From assembly GCA_951406725.2 (NCBI GenBank), contig CATOCA020000027.1, forward strand, positions 1 to 50,290: a stretch of DNA of 50,290 bases. Direction: 5' to 3'. Position numbers and translations under genes: made by a program. Under the pieces are notes generated by a model. That model was given only the letters and a program-made list of their open reading frames with translations, searched no databases and was not told the origin of the DNA. Positions 40,189 through 50,290 of the stretch are shown here, in pieces (positions within the stretch are counted from its first letter, which is position 1; every line of letters begins with the position of its first letter). The DNA comes from Octopus vulgaris. Its lineage: Eukaryota.

Positions 40189-40468
40189 GGGCATATGGCG
40201 TAGTGGTTAAGAGCGCGGGCTACTAACCCTAAGATTCCGAGTTCGATTCCAAGCAGTGATTTGAATAATAATAATAATAATAACAACAACAACAACATCT
40301 AAGAATACCTTAGGAATGGGAACCCAGGTTCCCCAAGACACCTGATGAAGGCTAGATGATATATCAGTCGAAATGTTGTGTTAATAAACAAGATGAGGAC
40401 AAATATCCGTGGAATGTAAATAATGTAAATAATGCACATTATTCCTCATCTCTTAAATATAGAACTGT
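40189..40468 (+). mobile_element. tRNA-headed SINE-like element with a hammerhead-bearing 3' part
   Basis: A box tggcgtagtggtt, B box gagttcgattcc, (AAT/AAC)n linker, hammerhead at 40337-40382. Confidence 0.75.
40337..40382 (+). ncRNA. Minimal hammerhead motif
   Basis: gacac-CTGATGA-aggctaga..tcagtc-GAAA-tg-TT-gtgtt; stem III ATGT is probably a CpG-decayed ACGT. Confidence 0.65.
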
Positions 40469-40674
40469 AATATAAAGCTTTCTTTTGATAAGTTCCAAGT
40501 TACTCTGGTGATCGAAAATGTATATTAGTAATGTGTATCATATATAATGCATGGACATCGGGGAAATATGTCCTGAGTGCCGCACGTGATACACAGGACC
40601 GGCAAAGGATTAAGAAGAAATAGAAAGAGAAAACTCTAGATACAATGGCAAAGATACTGGATGGTCACGAAAGG

Positions 40675-40910
40675 AAGGCGGCGAGCTGGCAGAAACGTTA
40701 GCGCGCTGGGCGAAATGCGTAGCCGTATTTCGTCTGCCGCTACGTTCTAAGTTCAAATTCCGCCGAGGTCGACTTTGCCTTTCATCCTTTCGGGGTCGAT
40801 AAATTAAGTACCAGTTACGCACTGGGGTCGATATAATCGACTTAATCCGTTTGTCTGTCCTTGTTTGTCCCCTCTATGTGCAGCCCCTTGTGGGCAGTAA
40901 AGAAATAAGA
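40675..40910 (+). mobile_element. SINE family C, full length
   Basis: aaggcggcgagctggcagaaacgttagc head, gttcaaattcc B box, tail gccccttgtgggcagtaaagaaa. Confidence 0.85.
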
Positions 40911-41001
40911 AAGGGAAAATGGTAAATTAAGGCCAGCTGTGATTCGTAACATGCACCTTGCTTTCATTAATTGATTAAGTTCCTCGTATGTAATCACGAA
41001 A

Positions 41002-41321
41002 TGAAGGCGCGTCGCTTAGTGGTTAGGGCATTCGGCTCACGCTCGCAAGGTCGTGAGTTCAATTCCCGGCGGCGCGATGCGTACTTGAGCAAGACACTTT
41101 ATTTCAAGTTGTTTCAGTCCACTCAACTGGCAAAAATGAGTGGCACCTGTATTTCAAACAGCCAGTCTTGTCATACTCTGTGTTCCGCTGAATCTCCCTG
41201 AGAACTACGTTAAGGGTACACGTGTCTGTGGAATGCTCAGCCACTTGCACGTTAATTTTACGATCAGGCTGTTCTGTTGATCGGATCAACTGGAACACTC
41301 GTCGTAACCGACGGAGAGCCA
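41002..41321 (+). mobile_element. SINE family D, full length
   Basis: cttagtggttagggc A box, gagttcaattccc B box, cttgagcaagacact...cagtccactca core. Confidence 0.85.
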
Positions 41322-41322
41322 G

Positions 41323-41470
41323 TTACTCATTTACAGCTGAGGAAGTAGGAGTCAATGTGAAATGAAGGGCTTTGCTCAAGGACACAACGCAACGACCGAC
41401 CCGCTCCGGGAACTGAACCCGTGACCGAATGATCTTCAGCTGAGCATCGTTACCACTAGACCATGCACAT
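41323..41470 (-). mobile_element. Diverged D-type SINE head/core fragment
   Basis: ttgctcaaggacacaacgc and gggaactgaaccc motifs. Confidence 0.6.
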
Positions 41471-42987
41471 TCACCATGCGCATTACAAAGGTAAGTCAGA
41501 GGGCAGTAATGGCGATAATGAAGGTAATGGGAGATGGTGGTGATGACGGTGATGACGGTGATGACGGTGATGATGATGATGATGACGATGATGGTAATGA
41601 TGGCAATGACGGTGATGGTGGTGGTGATGATGGTCGTCGTCATCATTGTCGTCATCGTCGCCGTATAAAACAGCGCAAACGGATGAAGTCTCTCACCTAG
41701 AAACAAGGACGATAACCCATTTCCACTCGCATGGCTTTGGTCGACTCAAAACTCTGGTTACGAGACACTTGGCCAAAACATCGCACCACGAAATCGAACC
41801 CGAAACCAAGCCATTGAGAAGTAGACTTCTTAACTACGAAGCCGAACCTAACACATCTATGACCAATGGTATTCTAAATGTGTAATTTCAGATTTAGTGT
41901 ATCAAGGAATTCATTTATGCAAATTAGCATAGTTATTAGAGCGTCGTACAAGATGCTTCACGATATGCGGTTTTGTTCTAACTCGCTGTGTTCTGAGTTC
42001 GTGTCATGCCGTGATCAACATTGCCTTTTGGCATCGATAAAAATGATCCTATACAAGATGATATATATATAGATTGGCAGAACTGTTGAACCGGGTGCCT
42101 TGTGGTATTTATTCTGGCTCCTTGTCTTCTGAGTTCAAATCACGGCGAGATCAACTTTGCCTTACATCTTTCTTGCGGTCACTAATAAAAAAAAATAGCA
42201 GTCCAAGACAGTGGATCGGTGGAACAGTAAAAAGGTCGAATCGGAGGCCTTGAGGCATTTGTTCTAGCTCTTTCCGTTCTTAGTTCAAATCCTGCCGAGG
42301 CTTACTCGTGTGGTAGACTTAATTTGTCTCTTGGTTTGACCCTACTACTTGGTTCTTGACCCCACTACTTGGTTCTTAACCCTTAGGCACCTATACTAGA
42401 GTCCACATTATAGTTGGTCTCTGATTTCAGGATCTTTTACTCCCTCTCCCCCTCCATCGCTTCCTCCATTCCTTCATTTCTCCCTTCTTTTCCACCGGTC
42501 TCGGAAGCCTTACAATAAATCATAGACACTGTTTTACCTTCTATCTAAAATTAGTCTAAATGATCTTTAAAATTCCTAGTAAGATTTGGTTACGAAAAGG
42601 CTTCCTCGTTGATACAAATTCCAGAAGTTCCAGATGTGTGTATTCTAAGGTATAGTGTATCAAGGACTACACTTATAAAATATGTCCTTTTCAACCCTTT
42701 TATGTATTTCTAAGATAGCAGGATGTCAACTGAGGGAGATTTAGCTGTCATTTTTACGAAGTCTAGCATAATGGTGATGCTTCTTCGGTGTTATTACTTT
42801 CAAAAATTCTAGAAGTGAATTTTCAGATATAGTGTACGTTGGACTACATTTATACAATGTAACCCATAAAAACTTCGGATTATAGGATATCATTTGAGGG
42901 AAATTTGTATAAATATTCTTCGTTGATACCACTTCCAAACATTTTAGATGTCTATTTTCAGATATAGTGTATCTTGGACTACATTTA

Positions 42988-43192
42988 TGAGGGAGTGCTG
43001 AAAAGCTCCTGGCTCCAAGGGTGTCGCGAAAGGTCTGGTTGGAGGCCCAGTCTTCCGAGATTTTTTACAGGGCTTAGAAAAACTGCAATAAATGTGTGAA
43101 TCTGAGAAGGGAATACGCCGAATAAAATCATAATCAACTGATCCTTTTGCATTTTCTTTTATCCAAAGCCAGGAACTTTTCAGCGCCTCTCA
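42988..43192 (+). mobile_element. Mariner-derived MITE
   Basis: ~27-bp TIRs tgagggagtgctgaaaagctcctggct / agccaggaacttttcagcgcctctca, TA TSD, internal KCVNLRREYAE* resembling a mariner transposase C-terminus. Confidence 0.8.
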
Positions 43193-43688
43193 TACACAAT
43201 ATGGCCGTTCCAATCCAATCCATCTCACACAATAGTACGTGAATTGAGTGAGATATGATCGCCATTTCTAGGAGATGAAACGATCACGGCAAAGCTTCTA
43301 CGTTGACACAAGTTCCCAAAGTTTCCCTTTGTCTTTCATATATTTTTTTCTAAATTTTATCTATTTATTCATGTTTTTGTTATCTTGGCAAAGGCGATAT
43401 CGGTAATGAAACAAGCTGATGCGGACTCTACAGTTCTTCCACATTGATTTGTTTAACGTTAGTATCGATAAGTCTATATTTATATCTGTACTTTTGAAGT
43501 TACCAAACAGGCGATGGATGTTTATATCACGTTTTATTCCCAGTCATGTATTGATTGATCTGATGATTATGACTATAAAACCAGCAACACTTCGCCTGAT
43601 TTACGTGTGTTTGAGTATGTGTGAGAGAGAGTGTGTGTGTGTGTATGTGTGTGTGAGCGCATGTGCGTGTATGTATGCATATATGCAC

Positions 43689-43732
<44 letters not shown>

Positions 43733-43826
43733 ATTTGTATGTATATACACACACGTATATGAACATGTGTATATGAATATTATACATATATATATATATA
43801 CATACATACATACTTATACACACATG

Positions 43827-43866
<40 letters not shown>

Positions 43867-43979
43867 CACACACACACAATACATCTCTTTCTTCAGCTAT
43901 CGATATGCAGAAGACTTAAGTAGTATATAAACAATCTGACAATCTGATTTCATTTGGACGCAAGCGTGACTGTGTATGA

Positions 43980-44245
43980 GCGATGGTGGCGGCGGTGGCG
44001 GTGGCGGTGGCAGTGGCGGTGATGGTGGTGGTGATAACGGTGGTGATGGCAGCTGTGACAGTAACAGTGGCAGTGGTGGTGGTGGTAGTGACGGTGGTGG
44101 TCATGGCGGCAACCATGAGCTTGTAGCTTCTGGTTTCCCTATACACACGGTACTTCCACCTTCTTCTTCTTCTTCTTTTTCTTCTTCTTCTTCTTCTTCT
44201 TCTTCTTCTTCTTCTTCTTCTTCTTCTTCTTCTTCTTCTTCTTCA
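43980..44245. repeat. (GGT/GGC)n and (TTC)n simple repeats
   Basis: Direct reading. Confidence 0.9.
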
Positions 44246-44456
44246 TTTAATTCTTGGTAGAGGGAGCAGGATGGGGGCTAATGCGCTAGGCGTTGCTCTA
44301 TAGGAAATTTCTTCAAAAGTCGGTGTGCAGAGTGAGTATGGCCCGAGTATAGACACGCAGTCACCATGCATCAGTAAGCCGAAAGACACGATTCTGGGAA
44401 ATCACTGTGTTTTATTGTTGTTGCTGTTGTTTTTTTGTAACTGGAATTTGTAAAAC

Positions 44457-44850
44457 GTCCTTTGTGGGACTTCACAATCCAGAGAGTGAGAGCTCTTGAA
44501 CATAACAGGCCAGGCATAACTTCGATGGGGAAAGGCACTATAAGGGGCTGTTTGTTTGCTGAATGATGTAGCTTGGTCTGGAGAGCATTACAACAAAAAT
44601 TGAGAATAACGAATAAAGAAACTGAGAAAATTGTAAAATATGCAGATTTGAGAATAGATATCGAGAGAAAGCAGAATATGAAAGCAACAGGGGTGACATT
44701 TGTGATTTGAACACTTGGGTCGGTGTCGAAAAACCTTAAGAAACACTCTGACACAGTTGGAATCAGTTTTAGCATTACGACTTTGCAAAAGATAATACTT
44801 CTGGAACAGCAAATATCCTACGGAACATGCTGCCTGTCTGATGTTATACA
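44457..44850 (+). pseudogene. Relic of a restriction-like-endonuclease (R4/NeSL/HERO-type) non-LTR retrotransposon C-terminus
   Basis: Manual translation across frameshifts: LWDFTIQRVRALEHNRPGIT, CLLNDVA, KETEKIVKYADLRIDIER, LQKIILL. Confidence 0.65.
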
Positions 44851-45096
44851 AGATCATCACTGTACAAATAAAGGAATAACGAGAAATAGCAACCAAATCT
44901 TCTTTAAACTACACTGTAACGTCTAAAAAAAATGGACGACATATCGTGCCCCAGAACAGTTTACGAGTATTTCCTCGCCTGAGGCTGACCAAAGAGGTTC
45001 CCTCTTGTTGAGTGCTATCAATAACACTTAAATTAAAGCCAGTCTCCGAGGATGGGAAGTTTTACCGAACTCACGATTTTTCAAGCACTTACAAGG

Positions 45097-45196
45097 TCAT
45101 CGTCATCATCATCATCATCACCACCACCACCACCATCATCATCATCATCTTTATCATATCTTTATCATCATCATCATCAGCAGCAGCAGCAGCATT

Positions 45197-45230
<34 letters not shown>

Positions 45231-45415
45231 CCTTCATCACCTTCATCACCACCACCATTATCATCGTCATCATCATCATCCTTATCATCATCATCATCAT
45301 CATCACCATCACCATCATCACCATTATCATCATTACCACCATCACCTTCATCATCATCATCTTCATAACCACCACTACCACCACCACCACCACCACCACC
45401 ATCAGCAGCAGCAGG
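45097..45415. repeat. (CAT/CAC)n low-complexity tract
   Basis: Direct reading; source of poly-His/Ser/Asp ORFs. Confidence 0.9.
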
Positions 45416-45559
45416 AGCGTCATCTCTCGTCGTTGTCGTCGACATCAGCACTACATTTCAAAGAATAGCAACTTTGGTAACCAATTCTTTCTCCACTTGT
45501 TTTCCCTTCAAACCTTTATTTACAGTTTTACCATAAGAAAAGTGGAAGCGCATTTTATA

Positions 45560-47440
45560 CCGGTTTCAAATTTTGAAATAAGGCCAGCAATTTCGGAGGA
45601 AGAGTTTAAGTCGATTACATCGGCACCAGCGCTCAACTCTGTAAGGATGAAAAGTAAAGTCGACCGCAACGGAATTTGATCTCAGAGCGTAAAGACAAAT
45701 TAGATGCCGCTCATTATCTAGATTGCCGCCGTAAGTATATTTAATATCAATCTGCGATGCCCAGTAAGTAAGCTGGAGGTCGTAAGTTCGCTAAAAGTTG
45801 GAGACTGATTTAATTCGAATGTAATTAATAACATGCAACGAGGCACCAACATGCAAAGCTACAAGAGAAATACATTTTTTGAAAAAATAACCTGTGAAAA
45901 TTTGAAAAACTTGAAGTGGTTGGAAGAAATTTATCAAGATCCAGTTGTTGTAATGCGAAAATCGAGCTGAAAAGCAAATCAATTACACCAATTTAGCTGT
46001 TGAATTAATTAATTAGTTAGTAAGTTAATTAATTAAAAAGGCATTATAACAATTAAGGAATGTGTCCATCAATGCATTTGTAATTAGTGCAAATGGAATG
46101 AGATACAACGATTTAAGAAAAGACATTGAAAGACTGTATAATAGTGTCTCTTAAGGTTGCAATGCCCCATCGTGGATGGGGATAGGGCAATATAGTAACG
46201 TTTCTCCGCCGAGGTTGACTTTACCTTTCATCCTTTCGGGATCGTTAAATTAAATACCAGTTGCGTTCTGGGGTTGATCTAATCGACTGGCTCGCGCCCC
46301 CAAAATTTCGGGCCTTGTGCCTAGAGTAGAAAAAAATATAGTAACATTTCAGTGGGGCAAGGGTTACTTTAAAATGGGGCGTAAAATAAAGTTTTAATTA
46401 AAATTTCTTTTGAATAAACACATAACTAAAGGCGGCGAGATATAAAAGTGTTACTTATATATCTTCCGTTCGAAAAACCAGATATTTTAAATTTTTATGG
46501 AAGGAAAGAAAAAAAAGAAAGACTCAAACAAACAAACAGGCAAAAACAAATGATACTTCCATTTTCTAACTTATTTTTAAGTAATTATTAATGTATTCAA
46601 CATGGCGCATGGTTCAATGGTTAGAGCGTCAGGCTTACAATCGTGAGGACGTGAGTTGGATTCCTAGACCGGGCTTGTCAAGATACTTTATTTCCCGTTG
46701 ATCCAGTTCATTCAGCTGTAGAAATGAGTTGCGACGTCGCTGGTGCCAAGCTGTAATAGCCCCTTTGCCTTTCCCTTGGATAACATCCGTAACGAGGAGA
46801 GGGGAGACTGATATGCATGAGCGACTGCTGGTCTTTCATAAACAACTTTCCGTGGTCATTCGTGGCCGAAGAAGGTCTTTACCAAGAAGCCGGCGAGCTG
46901 GCATAAACGATACCGCAACGGACAAAATGCTTAGCGACATTTCTTCCGGCTTTACTTCCTGAGTTCAAACGTCAGCGAGGTTGACTTTGCTTTTCTCATC
47001 ATTTCGGGGTTGATAAAATAATGCCAGGTGACTTGACCCCACTTTCTCTCTTATTTTGACCTTAGGCCAAAATAAGAAAGAATTATGTATTTCGCTGTAT
47101 ATTTCCAAGAATTCTTACTCACACACACACACACTACAAACACACACACACACTACAAACACACACACACACATACATTCAGACATACATATATACATAT
47201 ATATATATGCATATGTATATATATATATATGAGTGTATGTGTGTATGTACATACATGCTCACATTTTGCCAGCTCACCACTTGAATAATAATTTCTTTCT
47301 AATTCTGACACAAGGCCAGCAATTTTGACAGGATTACATCGTGTCACTCCCTTCTAGTGCTCTACTGATCCTTATCTTATCGAACCTGAAAGGATGAAAA
47401 GCAATGTCGATCTTGGGGGAATTTGCACTCAGAACGTAAT
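45560..47440. mobile_element. Cluster of old SINE fragments (family C at ~45580-45710 -, 46205-46335 +, 46890-47080 +, 47300-47440 -; D-like at 46602-46850 +)
   Basis: Recognisable gttgactttgcctttcatcctttc and tRNA-box motifs, heavily diverged. Confidence 0.6.
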
Positions 47441-47647
47441 GAACTGTTGCGCATTTTATTTAATCTATCGCGGCCAATTGCATTCACTTTCATTCACCCT
47501 TAAAAATACATGAAACGCTAAAAATTAGGGGGCGGTAAAAAGAAAAAGAAAATTATTGGAAATGAAAGAATAAAACTTATGCAAAACAGGAAGTTTCTAA
47601 TTAAGTAGTTTATACAATGACGACATTTTGGGAAATTTGCGTAGGTT

Positions 47648-48280
47648 CAGGCGTGGCTGTGTGGTAAGAAGTTTGCTTCTAAACCTCATGTTTCCGGGTT
47701 CAATCCCTATCTGTGGCACCTTGGGCAAGTGTCTTCTAGTATTGTCTCGGGACGACTAAAGTCTTGTGAGTCGATCTCGTAGGATTTTATCCTGTATATG
47801 TAATACATTTTTTCGCTGTATTGTGTGTTTGTTACTTTTTGTATCCGATATTTATTATTGATTTTCTATAATAATGAAGTTGTAACCCTTAATTTGCTGC
47901 TTTTGTATACACAAACCGAGATATATCTTGCGGAATAAACGTTATTTTAACGAGATATATCTTGTAATCACCTGAAGAGACACATCTACGATGCTAGATG
48001 GGTCGAAACAATTATAGTGATCAATAAACGTATAAACATTCTCGAATCTTCCATTTTCACTCTCTACGAGAATAGAAAAACAGCCAACAACTGATGAAGT
48101 GTCGTTCTTTATGTTGTTTGTCTTGTTTTCCATTTGTGTTTTTCAACGGATGTTGGTTATGTTTACGTCCCTGTAACTTAGCGGTTACAAAGAATAAGTC
48201 CTAGGGTCAATTTGTACGACTAAAGGCGGTGCTCCAGCATGGCCGCAGTCAAATGACTGAAACAGGTAAAAGAATAAAGG
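47648..48280 (+). mobile_element. SINE family B split into head (47648-47781) and tail (48146-48280) by a hammerhead-bearing insertion
   Basis: Both parts are colinear with 21078-21462. Confidence 0.7.
47967..48021 (+). ncRNA. Type I hammerhead motif
   Basis: atcac-CTGAAGA-gacacatcta-cgatgc-tagatgggtc-GAAA-caatta-TA-gtgat. Confidence 0.75.
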
Positions 48281-48306
48281 TATATATATGTATATACATA
48301 TATACA

Positions 48307-48381
<75 letters not shown>

Positions 48382-48689
48382 AATACTGCCAATCATTTTG
48401 CCCGATGTGCTAACGATTCTGTCAAGCTCACCGCCTTAGGGTACCTGGAAATATTGAAACCGTTCATAAGATGAAGATGAGGAGGAGGAGAACGACGACG
48501 ATGATGATGGTGATGACAATGATTGCTATTATGGTTCAGATGATGATGATGATGATGACGGCGACGACGATGATGGTTATGGTGATGCTGATACACAAAC
48601 ACACATGTATGCATCATATATTTACGTATGTGTCTGTGTGTACGCCTAGTACATACATATACTTAAAAGCACGTATCTATCCATCTCTC

Positions 48690-49215
<526 letters not shown>

Positions 49216-49251
49216 CACACACACATATATATATGTATGTATGTATATATG

Positions 49252-49297
<46 letters not shown>

Positions 49298-49391
49298 TAA
49301 GGGCTCCTAAATTAAGATGCCGAGTGGTGGGAACACAAAAAGGGGATGAATTTATCGAGAGTGAAAATCAAAAACGTTTACCGTATATACC

Positions 49392-49467
<76 letters not shown>

Positions 49468-49469
<2 letters not shown>

Positions 49470-49752
49470 GGAGTAAACACATAAATGTGAAACAAGGTGG
49501 AAAAAAGAGTACTCAAATACCAGTGGTAGAGTAATATGCTTTATTTTAAGCAGCAGAAAATTCAACAAAATCTGTTACTCTGAGTTTCTCGTTGCCGTTC
49601 ATCAGACAGTTTTTGCTAGAATGGAACCGATATATCAATTCAATCTAGACTCTTACAAACGCTACACCTTTTTTTTAAAAAATGGACTTGTTTGATTGGC
49701 CCTTTAGAAAAAACGGTCAATCTTCGAGCGATAAACAAAAAGGTCAAAAATA
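49468..49752 (-). mobile_element. Non-folded sibling of the 32494 mini-element, with a hammerhead at 49568-49612 (-)
   Basis: 49468-49622 equals 32494-32648 except for one base; flanked by (TA)n. Confidence 0.85.
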
Positions 49753-50290
49753 TATGTATATATATATATAAATACTTATAAAGATTATAAAATTCGAGGA
49801 AAAAACCTTACATTGAATAAAATACATATTGACGTTAATGAAGAAAGTATAATTAAAGCATAGCAATTAAACCTATTATAAATATTACACTGCAATACAT
49901 ATTTATATTAAAGTGTACATATATATATCAACATACACAGAAGGATGCGTGCAAACGCCATACATATACAGACGTATAAATATAAATATAAATATACACA
50001 TAAATGCATTCGTACATATATGCACGCAAACCATCTCGCACGCAAGCTAAAATCATCTATATAGCGATTCTCATATACTGAGTAAGGGGGGGGGGGCGAA
50101 AGAAAGGAAGAGAGAGAAAAAGGAACGAAGAAGGGGGAAGGAAAAAAGAAAAAGGAGGGGTGGGGAAAAAAACGAAATAAGAAAAAATTATGTATACAAG
50201 CTGTGTAAAGGCATTATTGACATATATGGAGACAAGTATACAAATACACAAGTTCGAATGGATACATACACATACAGTCGTGTATATGTG

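Noticed and set aside
40189-40260. Apparent tRNA gene (similar heads at 881, 24872, 36260, 41002)
   Set aside because: A and B boxes are present but there is no closed acceptor stem or T-run terminator; these are SINE heads
42590-42987. Three degenerate tatagtgta..ggactaca.ttata repeats
   Set aside because: Old tandem repeat serving as the MITE target; no further structure seen
43416-43445. CTGATGC-gga...tcc hairpin
   Set aside because: No GAAA or stem III follows

Overview
Repeat-saturated animal DNA, very likely from a coleoid cephalopod (Octopus-like), judged from the tRNA-derived SINE families and the microsatellite load. I see no convincing host exon, rRNA, true tRNA or CRISPR. The window holds nested mobile elements: four modular tRNA-SINE families, two CR1-like LINE ORF2 remnants, three Tx1/L1-type ORF1 (RRM + zinc knuckle) elements with no intact ORF2, a Penelope RT/GIY-YIG remnant, three Helitron-type elements, a mariner MITE, an RLE-type LINE relic and a probable solo LTR. 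The most striking signal is missed by the ORF track: about 15 minimal type I hammerhead ribozyme motifs (CUGAnGA...GAAA, palindromic stem III) in about 10 unrelated non-coding mini-elements. They occur as fold-back palindromes in (TA)n tracts, as ~490-bp tandem units (a retrozyme-like trimer at 26.9-30.1 kb), behind a tRNA-like Pol III head, and in the 3' end of the Penelope element itself. This suggests a diverse Penelope-mobilised ribozyme-retroposon system. Other highlights are an ORF1-only retroposon with a 17-bp TSD, a solo LTR with a perfect 7-unit heat-shock element, and in-window LINE/SINE tail sharing. All calls come from reading the sequence by eye; no searches or folding programs were run.
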